Assembly: GCA_963676835.2 (NCBI GenBank)
Contig: CAXXFF010000002.1
Location: 608,001-672,000 of the forward strand
Length of the DNA: 64,000 bases
Reading direction: 5' to 3'
Source: Marispirochaeta sp.
Lineage (GTDB): Bacteria > Spirochaetota > Spirochaetia > JC444 > Marispirochaetaceae
Of this stretch, positions 33,183-43,515 are shown piece by piece. The notes beneath the pieces are model-generated. The model was not told the DNA's origin. It saw only the letters and a program-made list of their open reading frames with translations, and did no database searches. Both the position numbers and the translations under genes were made by a program. The number at the start of each line of letters is the position of its first letter. The stretch's first letter is position 1.

Positions 33183-34260
33183 TAAAACATTCTGGAAAGG
33201 AAAAAAAGTATTTATTACCGGGCATACGGGGTTTAAAGGGTCCTGGTTGTGTATGTTGCTGAATTATCTTGAAGCTGATGTTATCGGATATTCTTTGGAT
33301 CCGCCAACAATACCTTCCTTATTTAAAGAAGCAAAGATCGACCAGATAATTAACCATAACATTGGTGATATCCGTGATTTAGATCGGTTAAAAGAGGTTC
33401 TGTTTAGATCGAATCCTGATATTCTGATTCATATGGCAGCTCAGCCATTAGTAAGAGAATCATATCGCGATCCGGTCACAACGTATCAAACGAATGTTCT
33501 TGGGACAGTGAATTTACTTGAATCTGCTAGAATATGTAACAATATAAAATCTGTTGTTATCGTTACAACAGATAAATGCTATGACAACAATGAATGGGTA
33601 TGGGGTTACCGGGAAAATGATCGTCTTGGTGGTTATGATCCTTATTCAAACAGCAAAGCCTGCTCTGAACTTGTAACAGATGCATATAGAAACTCATTTT
33701 TTAATCCTGAACAATACGGTATTGATCATAATGTAGCGATAGCTACTGCCCGTGCAGGAAATGTAATAGGTGGCGGAGACTGGGCAGAAGATAGATTGGT
33801 TCCGGATATATTAAAGGCTATCTTCGGTAACAAAAAAGTTCAAATTAGAAATCCATATGCAGTCCGGCCATGGCAACATGTATTGGAACCGTTGTCTGGG
33901 TATTTAGATTTGGCAAGATCTTTATATTCTAATGGGACTCAGTTTGATGGGGCATGGAATTTTGGTCCGGATGCGAATGATTCAAGACCTGTAAAATGGA
34001 TAGTTGAAAAGATGTGTTCTTTGTACCCTGATTCAAATGGATATAAAATTGATCAAAATACTCATCCTCACGAAGCAAACTATTTAAAACTTGATTGCTC
34101 AAAAGCTCTGCAGAAATTATTGTGGACACCAGTGTGGACTCTTGAAACAACTTTAAATAAGATAATTGACTGGCATTTATCTTATGAGAAAAATCAGAGT
34201 ATCTTTGAAAAATCTATAGAGCAAATAATTGAATACTGCAATGATAAAGAATCTCTTTAG
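33175..34260 (+). CDS. rfbG: CDP-glucose 4,6-dehydratase
   Basis: FWKGKKVFITGHTGFKGSWL, HMAAQPLVR, TTDKCY, RPWQHVLEPL; ATG 33175. Confidence 0.96.
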   Translation: MIDKTFWKGKKVFITGHTGFKGSWLCMLLNYLEADVIGYSLDPPTIPSLFKEAKIDQIINHNIGDIRDLDRLKEVLFRSNPDILIHMAAQPLVRESYRDPVTTYQTNVLGTVNLLESARICNNIKSVVIVTTDKCYDNNEWVWGYRENDRLGGYDPYSNSKACSELVTDAYRNSFFNPEQYGIDHNVAIATARAGNVIGGGDWAEDRLVPDILKAIFGNKKVQIRNPYAVRPWQHVLEPLSGYLDLARSLYSNGTQFDGAWNFGPDANDSRPVKWIVEKMCSLYPDSNGYKIDQNTHPHEANYLKLDCSKALQKLLWTPVWTLETTLNKIIDWHLSYEKNQSIFEKSIEQIIEYCNDKESL

Positions 34261-34283
34261 GAATATGGTTAACTGTCTCTAAT

Positions 34284-35474
34284 ATGGAGGTGTTCAAATT
34301 GAAAAAACCTATGTCAATTTCTTCTAATAATATCGAAGGGCAACCAATGTTTAAGGTGTTGGAAAAAGTTCAGGAAATGGAAAAGAACGGGGAATCGATT
34401 ATTCATTTTGAGATTGGAGATCCAGATTTTGCCACACCTGAAAACATTGTTGATGCCGCATGCAAATCCCTGAAAAATGGAGAAACCCATTATACAAGTT
34501 CTATGGGACTTATGGATATGCGGGAGGCAGCCTCTGAGACAACAAAAAAATCTCGAGGGTTCAAACCTGGTATAGATCAGATTCTCATAACCCCAGGTGC
34601 TAATATCATTATATATTTGGCTATTAAGTGCTTGGCAAATCCGGGAGAAGATGTTGTCCTTCCTGACCCTGGTTTTCCTACATATTATTCGGTAATTAAG
34701 CTTCTGGGAGTAAATCCAATACGTGTACCTCTAAAAGAGGAAAATGGATTTCGAATGAGTCCCGATGATGTTAAAAATGCTATTACAAAAAAAACTAAGC
34801 TGATAATTATTAATTCACCGAATAACCCTACTGGGTCAGTTATGACGCCGGAGGAAATGAATGAGATTTATAAAATAGCCTATGACAATGGTATATATTT
34901 ATTAAGTGATGAAATTTATTCAAGAATGATATATGGAAATACACAATTTTATAGTCCATCTGTTAATGACTCATGTAAACATACAACTATTGTAGCCAAT
35001 GGATTCAGCAAGGCGTTTGCCATGACAGGATGGCGGTTAGGTACAGCTATTGGGCCTTCTAACGTAATAGAAAAAATGGGATTGCTTGTACAAACTATTT
35101 GTTCTTGTGTGCCTCCATTTATTCAGCGTGCTGGTATTACAGCACTAAACGATAAACAAGATGAAATAAATCGTATGATGAAAATATACAAAGAAAGGCG
35201 TGATTTACTGGTTGATGGTCTTAACGATATTCCAGGAATAAACTGTCTTAGAAGCGAAGGTGCTTTTTATGTTTTCCCCAATATAACAAAAACTGGGATG
35301 AGCTCTGAGCAGTTTTCATCTTTTATGCTAGAGAAAGCAAAAGTGGCCCTTCTTCCGGGACCAAACTTTGGTTCTTACGGTGAAGGGTACGTCCGGCTGA
35401 CTTATGCTACAGATGTCAACTTGATTAAAGAAGGGCTTAAGCGAATAAAAAACGCGATGAAGGAGATACTATAA
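34284..35474 (+). CDS. PLP-dependent class I/II aminotransferase
   Basis: IGDPDF, INSPNNPTG, SDEIY, GFSKAFAMTGWRLG. Confidence 0.92.
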   Translation: MEVFKLKKPMSISSNNIEGQPMFKVLEKVQEMEKNGESIIHFEIGDPDFATPENIVDAACKSLKNGETHYTSSMGLMDMREAASETTKKSRGFKPGIDQILITPGANIIIYLAIKCLANPGEDVVLPDPGFPTYYSVIKLLGVNPIRVPLKEENGFRMSPDDVKNAITKKTKLIIINSPNNPTGSVMTPEEMNEIYKIAYDNGIYLLSDEIYSRMIYGNTQFYSPSVNDSCKHTTIVANGFSKAFAMTGWRLGTAIGPSNVIEKMGLLVQTICSCVPPFIQRAGITALNDKQDEINRMMKIYKERRDLLVDGLNDIPGINCLRSEGAFYVFPNITKTGMSSEQFSSFMLEKAKVALLPGPNFGSYGEGYVRLTYATDVNLIKEGLKRIKNAMKEIL

Positions 35475-37274
35475 ATGGGAAATATTATGCGAGTTGCAGA
35501 TTACATTGTTGATTTTTTTCAAAAAAAAGGTGTGAATGACTTCTTTATGCTGTCAGGTGGTGGCATAATGCATCTTACAGATGGGCTTGCATGCAATGAA
35601 AATATAAATGTTGTCTGTTTACATCATGAGCAGGCTATTTCAATGGCTATAGAATCGTATGCAAAAGTTAATCAAAATTTAGGTGTTGGTTATTTTACAA
35701 CGGGCCCTGGATCTACAAATGCACTGACTGGATTATGTGGTGCATATCTGGATAGTGTTTCATGTGTTTTCATTTCAGGGCAAGCAAAAGTCAAGGATAG
35801 TGTGCATAGTGCGGGTATTGATGGAATACGTCAAATAGGTGTTCAAGAGGTAAATATAGTCCCAGTTGTAAAACCTGTGACTAAGTACGCGGTTTTCATC
35901 GAAAATGCTGAAGATATTCGCTTTCATTTAGAAAAAGCTGTGTTTTTAGCCAAAAGCGGACGGCCGGGTCCAGTTTGGATAGATGTGCCACTAGATATAC
36001 AAGGTGCAAATGTTGATATCAGTAAATTGCGGCCTTTTGTTCCCCCGATAGAAAATCAATCTCTTGATTTTGAGAATATTGATATACTGGTTAATTACCT
36101 TGAAAAAGCAAAAAAGCCTGTAATTCTAGCCGGACATGGAGTCCGTTTATCAAAATCAATAGGCCTGTTAAAAGAGATTATACGAAAATATAAAATTCCG
36201 GTCGTAACAACTTACCTTGGAATTGATTGTATCGAATATGATGACCCTCAGTTCATAGGTAAAATTGGAATTAAAGGAGACCGTGCGGGAAATATAGCAG
36301 TACAAAATTCTGATTTATTAATGATTATAGGTACTAGTTTACCTGTTGCAGAGACTGGTTACGATGGCGAGAATTTTGCACCTAATGCTAGAAAAGTTGT
36401 AATTGATATTGATCTTTCATCACATAAAAAGCAATCGATATCATATGACATGATGATTGAGAATGATGCTAATATCGTTCTGTCGACATTTCTTGATGTT
36501 TTGAATAAGCGAACGCTTAATACATTTGATAAATGGTCTTTGAAATGCCGTTCAATAAAAGTAAAGTATCCAGTTTGTTTGCCTGAATATAGCGAATTAA
36601 AGCAAAAGATTAATATGTATTACTTTGTGGATAGACTTTCAGATTTACTCTCAGAGGGAGATGCCGTTGTAACTGATGCAGGGTCCGCATTTTATGTAGG
36701 TTCGCAAGCAATTAAAATAAAACGAGGTGTTAGGTATATAACTTCTGGAGGGCTTTCAACTATGGGATATAGTCTACCCGCCAGTATCGGTGTATGTTAT
36801 GCAAATAACAGGAAACGCGTAATGTGTATAACGGGAGATGGATCTCTACAGCAGAATATACAAGAACTGCAAACTTTAATTCATAATAAGCTTCCTGTTA
36901 AAGTATTTGTTTTTAATAATGAAGGATACTTGTCTATTCGTTTTACACAAGAAAAATATTTTGAAAATCGGTTAATTGGTGAAGGAAAAACATCAGGTAT
37001 ATCTTTTCCAGATTTGAAAAAAATAGCATTTGCTTATGACATTAAATACTTAAAAGCAGAAACAAACAGTGATCTGGATAGTGTTCTAAAAGAAACTATA
37101 GATTATGCAGGTCCTGTTATTTGTGAAATTGTCACTCCCGAGAAACAGTTGGTTATTCCTACTGTAGGATCAGCAATGAATAAAGATGGGCAAATGGAAT
37201 CCAAACCTCTTCATGATATGGCCCCCTTTTTAGATTCAGCTGAAACAAAAGATAATATGTCGGATGCATTTTAG
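35475..37274 (+). CDS. Thiamine-diphosphate-dependent enzyme (acetolactate synthase-like; YerE-like)
   Basis: HHEQA, TTGPG.TN, GRPGPVWIDVPLD, GDGS...NN; located in the CDP-dideoxysugar cluster. Confidence 0.88.
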   Translation: MGNIMRVADYIVDFFQKKGVNDFFMLSGGGIMHLTDGLACNENINVVCLHHEQAISMAIESYAKVNQNLGVGYFTTGPGSTNALTGLCGAYLDSVSCVFISGQAKVKDSVHSAGIDGIRQIGVQEVNIVPVVKPVTKYAVFIENAEDIRFHLEKAVFLAKSGRPGPVWIDVPLDIQGANVDISKLRPFVPPIENQSLDFENIDILVNYLEKAKKPVILAGHGVRLSKSIGLLKEIIRKYKIPVVTTYLGIDCIEYDDPQFIGKIGIKGDRAGNIAVQNSDLLMIIGTSLPVAETGYDGENFAPNARKVVIDIDLSSHKKQSISYDMMIENDANIVLSTFLDVLNKRTLNTFDKWSLKCRSIKVKYPVCLPEYSELKQKINMYYFVDRLSDLLSEGDAVVTDAGSAFYVGSQAIKIKRGVRYITSGGLSTMGYSLPASIGVCYANNRKRVMCITGDGSLQQNIQELQTLIHNKLPVKVFVFNNEGYLSIRFTQEKYFENRLIGEGKTSGISFPDLKKIAFAYDIKYLKAETNSDLDSVLKETIDYAGPVICEIVTPEKQLVIPTVGSAMNKDGQMESKPLHDMAPFLDSAETKDNMSDAF

Positions 37275-37298
37275 TCTATTCGCGGCTGGAAAATATTA

Positions 37299-38222
37299 AT
37301 GAAAAAGGCAGTTGTTACAGGGGCGACAAGTTTTATTGGCGAATCTCTAGTACGTAACCTTGTAGATATTGGTGTTTATGTAATCGCTATTATAAGGCCA
37401 AACAGTAAGAAAGTTTCCAAGTTGCAAGAGATTGATGGGAGTAAATTAGAAATCATTGAATGTCCGCTGGAATCATATTCTAGTTATCTCCCGGAGATTA
37501 ATAATTGTGACGTATTTTTTCATTTAGCGTGGGCCGGGACAAATATTGATGATAGGGATAACGTACAAACCCAGTTAATAAATATACAGTTTACTCTTGA
37601 TGCTGTATGTATGGCGCAAAAATTTGGATGTAAGAAATTTATTGGAGCTGGAAGTCAAGCAGAGTATGGAGTAGTTTGCGGTGACATAAGTGAACAAACC
37701 CCGGTATTTCCTGAAAGCGGTTATGGGATTGCCAAGTATTCTGCAGGAAAGTTATCCCATCTATTGTGTTCACAACTTAACATTGAATTTAACTGGGTAA
37801 GAATAGTAAGTATCTATGGAGAGAATGATTCAAAGAATACTTTGATCATGTTTTGCTTAGAATCACTATTGAAAAATAGAAGGCCAGCACTTACTCGTTG
37901 TGAGCAAGTTTGGGATTATCTATATATAGAAGATGCATCTCAAGGTTTAATCAAAGTGGCACAGGCTGGTAAAAACGGTAAAACTTATGTATTAGGAAGT
38001 GGAAAAAAAGCGAAATTGAATAACTTTGTAGAAACTATTTACAAATTATCCGGTGCTAATTGTGGAATCGGATATGGAAAAAAGGCTTATTTACCCCATC
38101 AGCCGATGTATTTAGTTGCAGATATTTCTACTTTATCTTCTGATACAGGATGGTTCCCAAAGATTTCGTTTGAAGAAGGGATTAAAAATATCATTACTAA
38201 TATTAAGGCAAAGGCTACGTGA
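37299..38222 (+). CDS. NAD-dependent sugar epimerase/reductase (extended SDR)
   Basis: VTGATSFIG, GSQAEYG, YGIAK. Confidence 0.85.
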   Translation: MKKAVVTGATSFIGESLVRNLVDIGVYVIAIIRPNSKKVSKLQEIDGSKLEIIECPLESYSSYLPEINNCDVFFHLAWAGTNIDDRDNVQTQLINIQFTLDAVCMAQKFGCKKFIGAGSQAEYGVVCGDISEQTPVFPESGYGIAKYSAGKLSHLLCSQLNIEFNWVRIVSIYGENDSKNTLIMFCLESLLKNRRPALTRCEQVWDYLYIEDASQGLIKVAQAGKNGKTYVLGSGKKAKLNNFVETIYKLSGANCGIGYGKKAYLPHQPMYLVADISTLSSDTGWFPKISFEEGIKNIITNIKAKAT

Positions 38223-39835
38223 TAAATAAAGAAAGAAGATTGGTTTTAATAGACATATTTGCTATTTCCCTATTGTATATAGTGAGCTACTCATTTTTAC
38301 TTATTAATAATGGTTTGTACTGGGATGATTGGGTCTGGGCAGGAAGAAGATTTGAAGATTATATAGAATATTCACAGTTATTATTCGCATCTAAAGTACC
38401 AACAATTTTCTTTGTTTTTTCCTATATGTTGCCACCAGTGCTATCACGATTTTTAATTTTTACTGCATATTACATCCCGGGATTAGTTTTGTACTCGATA
38501 TTAAAAAGGCAAAGAGTTGATAGAATTACAAATTTATTAATTGTTGTTCTTTTTTTATTATTACCTTTGAATATTGCTAAATATACTCTCTCTACTGGAA
38601 TATATGCTTTTTGCTTTTGCATATTTTCCATAGCAGTATGGCTTTTAGCTAACTACCATGATAAGAGTCTACAAAGGATAGTATCGTTAGTTCTTTTTTA
38701 TATTTCTTTTTACATGAACTCGTTATTAGTTTTTTATGCCATTCCGTTTTTGTTCTTATTCTTTATGGAAAATAAAAATCTGTCAATTGTAGAACTATTT
38801 AAGTTTATAAGAAGAAATTTAGATTATTTCGTATTGCCATTTATATTTTTTATTATTAAGAAGTACCTTGAAGCATCGAATGCTGTGTTCATTAACGGGG
38901 TTTATAATCAGGATTTGTATAATAATATACAACTTACAAGAATTTTATTATTTCCGATTGAGACGATAAAGTGGTTTGGTGAATCGTTTCTATTCTTATT
39001 TTATAATCTTTTGTTATCAGTTAATGGATTTTTTGGGATCATGATTATGGTAATTGCGATGCCGTTACTATGGTATACAATATTCAGACTTTATAATTTT
39101 AAAAAAGAAGAAGTTTTTTATCCAAAGTTGATCTTCTTGGGGATAATATTTTTCCTGGTAGCGAGTTTTCCCTATATTGCTGTCGGAAAAGATTTCAGTA
39201 CAAATGTCTTTAATACCAGGCATCAGTTCCTTTTTCCATTGAGTTTTTCAATGATTATAACTGGGATAGTAGGTCTATTAAAGCGTATGCTGAATGTAAA
39301 GATATGTATATTTATAAGTTCGATGATTATTTCCATGTGCATATGCTTTAATATAGTTCAGGGGAATAATTTTTATTCAGATTATATCAAACAACAGTCG
39401 ATTATTCTCAACATGGAAAAAAATAAAATAATCAAAGAGAACCATTTTATCATTATAAATGATAGCACTAAGGCTTTAAGTAATAATAGAAGATTCTCCA
39501 CATATGAATTATCTGGTTTCGCAAAAGAAGCATTTAATAATGAAAAACATGTTTTAGTAGATAGTCGGTATAGCAATATCAATTTTAAACAGCTATATCA
39601 AATTAAAGATAATCTCCCATACAATTATAAGGATATACCTCCTTTTTTGGATGGGTCCTCTGTTGTCAATGTATCGATTGAGGAAAGTTGGGGTACTGGT
39701 ACGATATTCCAGAATCTAAAATTAATTAATTATAAGCTGTTTAATACTGAAAAATACTTAGAGTACTTACAAAAGTATATAAAAATTAGCAATACCGATA
39801 ACAGTCTTAAAGAGGTATTTGGTGAAAACAATTAG
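38219..39835 (+). CDS. Polytopic membrane protein, probable GT-C (Gtr-type) glycosyltransferase
   Basis: Many hydrophobic segments; YWDDW acidic motif after TM1; soluble C-terminal domain; next to GT2 and GtrA genes. Confidence 0.6.
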   Translation: MINKERRLVLIDIFAISLLYIVSYSFLLINNGLYWDDWVWAGRRFEDYIEYSQLLFASKVPTIFFVFSYMLPPVLSRFLIFTAYYIPGLVLYSILKRQRVDRITNLLIVVLFLLLPLNIAKYTLSTGIYAFCFCIFSIAVWLLANYHDKSLQRIVSLVLFYISFYMNSLLVFYAIPFLFLFFMENKNLSIVELFKFIRRNLDYFVLPFIFFIIKKYLEASNAVFINGVYNQDLYNNIQLTRILLFPIETIKWFGESFLFLFYNLLLSVNGFFGIMIMVIAMPLLWYTIFRLYNFKKEEVFYPKLIFLGIIFFLVASFPYIAVGKDFSTNVFNTRHQFLFPLSFSMIITGIVGLLKRMLNVKICIFISSMIISMCICFNIVQGNNFYSDYIKQQSIILNMEKNKIIKENHFIIINDSTKALSNNRRFSTYELSGFAKEAFNNEKHVLVDSRYSNINFKQLYQIKDNLPYNYKDIPPFLDGSSVVNVSIEESWGTGTIFQNLKLINYKLFNTEKYLEYLQKYIKISNTDNSLKEVFGENN

Positions 39836-40754
39836 TATATTAATACCATGCTTTAATGAGGTTCTAAATGTTAAACCTCTTTCTTTAGAAATTATAAATA
39901 TCTTTAAGGATAAATTACAGGAATATGATTATGAAATAATATTTATTGATAATGATTCAAGTGACGGAACAAAAGATATTTTACGTTCTTTATGCAATGA
40001 ATATAAAAAAATAAAAGCTATTTTTAACGCTAAAAACTATGGACAGTTTAATTCTCCATATTATGGAATGTGTCAGACAACTGGAGATTGCACTATAATG
40101 ATGTGTAGTGATTTTCAAGATCCGGTTGAATTAATTCCAGATTTTATCAAGGAATGGGAAAAAGGTTTTAAAATAGTAAGTGGAATAAAAGCATCCAGCA
40201 AGGAAAATAAAGCGGTAAGACTTTTGCGTACAGTGTATTATAAACTCATACGAAAAATGTCTGATATAGAACAAATCGAACACTATACAGGGTTTGGTCT
40301 CTATGATAAATCATTCATAAAAATAATGTCAGGCTTGCAGGATCCAATACCTTTTTTACGTGGGATTGTCGCTGAATTGGGATATAAACGAACAGAAATA
40401 AAATATCAGCAGCAAAAACGTAGAGCAGGAAAAACACATAATAACTTATATACTCTCTATGATGCAGCAATGTTAAGCTTTACGTCATATACCAAGATAG
40501 GATTGAGATTAGCAACTTTTTCAGGATTTATATTGTCAGTACTCAGCGGTATCACTGGGGTTATTTACATAATACTTAAAATACTATATTGGGAAAGATT
40601 TCAAGCAGGTATTGCACCAATACTTATTGCTGTACTATTTCTATTTTCTATGCAATTTCTTTTTATTGGAATTCTTGGGGAATATATAATTTTTATAAAT
40701 AAACGAATAATGAATCGTCCTTTAGTTGTGGAAGACGAACGTATTAATTTCTAA
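39822..40754 (+). CDS. GT2 polyprenyl-phosphate glycosyltransferase (GtrB-like)
   Basis: ISILIPCFNE, IDNDSSDGT, DFQDP, two C-terminal TM helices, RPLVV. Confidence 0.88.
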   Translation: MKTISILIPCFNEVLNVKPLSLEIINIFKDKLQEYDYEIIFIDNDSSDGTKDILRSLCNEYKKIKAIFNAKNYGQFNSPYYGMCQTTGDCTIMMCSDFQDPVELIPDFIKEWEKGFKIVSGIKASSKENKAVRLLRTVYYKLIRKMSDIEQIEHYTGFGLYDKSFIKIMSGLQDPIPFLRGIVAELGYKRTEIKYQQQKRRAGKTHNNLYTLYDAAMLSFTSYTKIGLRLATFSGFILSVLSGITGVIYIILKILYWERFQAGIAPILIAVLFLFSMQFLFIGILGEYIIFINKRIMNRPLVVEDERINF

Positions 40755-40755
40755 A

Positions 40756-41136
40756 ATGTATATAAAACAATTCACTCAGTTTATTAAATTCGGTATAGTC
40801 GGATTTACTAATGTATTAATAGCATTAAGCGTTTTTTATTTAACTGTTCATTTAGGTTTCCATTATCAAATTGCTAATGTCACATCATTCATAATTAGTT
40901 CATTGAATGGGTTTGTTTTGAACAAAATTTGGGTGTTTAAATCTGAAAGTAATAAATACTTTAATCAGATTATAAAATATTATTTTGTGTATATAAGCTC
41001 ACTGTTACTAAGTATGTTGATGTCTTTTGTTTATATTGAATTATTTGGCGGTTATGTATTTCTGTCGCCAATAATAAATCTTTTTATTACTGTACCATAT
41101 AACTATATGTTAAGTAAACTTTGGATTTATAAATAA
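40756..41136 (+). CDS. GtrA family flippase
   Basis: QFIKFGIVG..N, LNKIWVF, NY.LSKLWIY; four TM helices. Confidence 0.88.
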   Translation: MYIKQFTQFIKFGIVGFTNVLIALSVFYLTVHLGFHYQIANVTSFIISSLNGFVLNKIWVFKSESNKYFNQIIKYYFVYISSLLLSMLMSFVYIELFGGYVFLSPIINLFITVPYNYMLSKLWIYK

Positions 41137-41176
41137 TACTAACAGCCCTAAAATCTCGAGCAAGGAAATTACTTTA

Positions 41177-42364
41177 ATGAATGACATTCTAAAGATATTA
41201 GATAGAGGAAAAGGAATTTTTGAAAAGGATATTGAAAATATTAAAGAAGAAATAAAAGAAATTATTAAAGATTCCAGCTTTCTATTTGTTGGAGGAGCAG
41301 GATCTATTGGACAAGCTACTGTTAAAGAGATCCTAAAAAATAGTCCTAAAAAGCTCTATGTTGTTGATATCAGTGAAAATAATCTTGCTGAACTTGTTCG
41401 GGACATAAGAAGCTCAATAGGATATATTGATGGTGATTTCCAAACATTTGCTATAGATTCAACATCAATAGAATTTGATCATTTCTTTAAGGCAACTTGT
41501 CCTTTTGACTATGTTTTGAATCTTTCTGCTTTGAAACATGTAAGAAGTGAAAAAGATCCATATACCCTAATGAGAATGCTTTACGTAAATACAATATCAA
41601 TCAATAACACGTTACAGCTGTCAGTTGAGAATGGAGCAAAGAAATACTTTGCGGTATCTACGGATAAAGCAGCTAATCCGGTAAATCTTATGGGTGCAAC
41701 AAAGAGGTTGATGGAGCATATTCTGTTTTCCCGTAAGGAAAACATTGATGTATCCAGTGCTCGTTTTGCAAATGTTGCTTTTTCTGACGGCAGCCTTCTA
41801 CATGGATTCAATATGAGAATACAGAAAAACCAACCTATTGCAGCGCCGAATGATGTTAAACGCTATTTTGTTACTCCGGAAGAGTCCGGTCGACTGTGTA
41901 TGCTCTCCGCATTGTTAGGTAAAAATCGTGAAATATTTTTCCCAAAGCTTGATACTGACATCCATTTAATAGATTTCTCACAGATTGCCATAAGGTTCCT
42001 GGAAAGCAGGGGAATGGATGCATACATATGTGAGAGTGAGGAAGAGGCCCGTAGGATGATCAAGGAATTGCATGGAACAGGTAAATGGCCATGTTATTTT
42101 TCGGGAAGCAACACTACCGGGGAAAAAGACTTTGAAGAGTTCTTTACAGATAAAGAGAACCTTGATCTTGAACGGTATCATGAAATAGGAATTATTCTAT
42201 CTGATTATTATGACCGCAGCAGAGTTGATAATTATATAGAAAAGCTGAATGCAATACGCAATGAAGGAAAGTGGAGTAAAGATGAAGTACTGAAGCTCGT
42301 TCAAACAATGGTTCCTGAACTGGTTCACGAAGAAAAAGGCTTTTACTTGGATGGTAAAATGTAA
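41177..42364 (+). CDS. legB: NDP-GlcNAc 4,6-dehydratase (LegB/LgaA-like)
   Basis: GGAGSIG, LSALKHVRSEKDP, STDKAANP, SARFANVAFSDGSL. Confidence 0.85.
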   Translation: MNDILKILDRGKGIFEKDIENIKEEIKEIIKDSSFLFVGGAGSIGQATVKEILKNSPKKLYVVDISENNLAELVRDIRSSIGYIDGDFQTFAIDSTSIEFDHFFKATCPFDYVLNLSALKHVRSEKDPYTLMRMLYVNTISINNTLQLSVENGAKKYFAVSTDKAANPVNLMGATKRLMEHILFSRKENIDVSSARFANVAFSDGSLLHGFNMRIQKNQPIAAPNDVKRYFVTPEESGRLCMLSALLGKNREIFFPKLDTDIHLIDFSQIAIRFLESRGMDAYICESEEEARRMIKELHGTGKWPCYFSGSNTTGEKDFEEFFTDKENLDLERYHEIGIILSDYYDRSRVDNYIEKLNAIRNEGKWSKDEVLKLVQTMVPELVHEEKGFYLDGKM

Positions 42365-43515
42365 TGCCTGAGAACGATGTGTATGAAAAAATAGTTTCGT
42401 TTATTCGAACTCAATATGGTACGGGCTTTATACCTCTGCACGTTCCAGTTTTCCAGGGAAATGAAAAAAAATATTTAAATGAATGTATTGATTCAACATT
42501 TGTATCGTCTGTTGGTAAATATGTAGATCGATTTGAGGCTGAAATGGCGGCCTTTACCGGAGCAAAAAGAGCTGTTGCTGTGGTAAACGGAACTAATGCG
42601 CTCCAGGTTGCATTGCGACTTGTTGGGGTCGAACCCTCTACAGAAGTTATAACTCAGCCACTGACGTTTGTTGCAACCTGTAATGCTATAAAATATCTCT
42701 ATGCTGACCCTGTTTTCATAGATGTAGATAATGAAACACTTGGAATGTCCTCTAAAAGCGTAGTACATTTTCTTGAGGAGTATGGGGAAAAACGCGGTAG
42801 TAAAACCTGGAACAAAGTTACAGGGAAAAGAATCAGCGCGATATTGCCAATGCATACTTTCGGGCATCCTGCCAGGATAAACGAAATAGTAGAAATTGCA
42901 TCTGACTGGAATATTCCGGTTGTAGAGGATGCTGCTGAATCTGTAGGAAGTTATGTAAATGGGATTCATACCGGTTTATTTGGACAGGTAGGAGTTTTAA
43001 GCTTCAACGGTAATAAAACCATCACAACAGGAGGTGGAGGGATGATTATTACTAATGATGAAGCACTTGGAAAACAAGCAAAATATCTAACAACTACAGC
43101 AAAAGTTCCCCATGAATGGGAGTTTTTTCATGACGAGCTTGGGTACAATTTTCGTATGCCAAATATAAATGCCGCACTTGGGTGTGCGCAGATGGAGAAG
43201 CTACCTCAGATTCTTGAAAATAAGCGGAAAACCGCCGAGGAATATAGCGATTTTTTTGATACCGTATCAAATATTGAGTTTTTGCATGAGCGCGAAGGTA
43301 CAATATCTAATTACTGGTTGAATGCGGTAATATTAGAAGACAGAGAAAAACGTGATAACTTCTTACAATATACAAATAAGGAATCGGTCATGACACGTCC
43401 TATATGGACTCTGATGAACAAATTACCTATGTATAAAGATTGTCTGTGCGGGCCGTTGTCTAATGCGTACTGGCTTGAGGATCGTATTGTAAATATTCCT
43501 AGTAGTGTGCATTGA
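42364..43515 (+). CDS. legC: LegC family aminotransferase
   Basis: IPLH.P.F.GNEK, DSTFVSSVG, SFNGNKTITTGGGG. Confidence 0.9.
   Translation: MPENDVYEKIVSFIRTQYGTGFIPLHVPVFQGNEKKYLNECIDSTFVSSVGKYVDRFEAEMAAFTGAKRAVAVVNGTNALQVALRLVGVEPSTEVITQPLTFVATCNAIKYLYADPVFIDVDNETLGMSSKSVVHFLEEYGEKRGSKTWNKVTGKRISAILPMHTFGHPARINEIVEIASDWNIPVVEDAAESVGSYVNGIHTGLFGQVGVLSFNGNKTITTGGGGMIITNDEALGKQAKYLTTTAKVPHEWEFFHDELGYNFRMPNINAALGCAQMEKLPQILENKRKTAEEYSDFFDTVSNIEFLHEREGTISNYWLNAVILEDREKRDNFLQYTNKESVMTRPIWTLMNKLPMYKDCLCGPLSNAYWLEDRIVNIPSSVH

Noticed and set aside
35475..37274. Housekeeping ilvB call
   Set aside because: No ilvN/ilvC neighbours; embedded in a CDP-sugar operon
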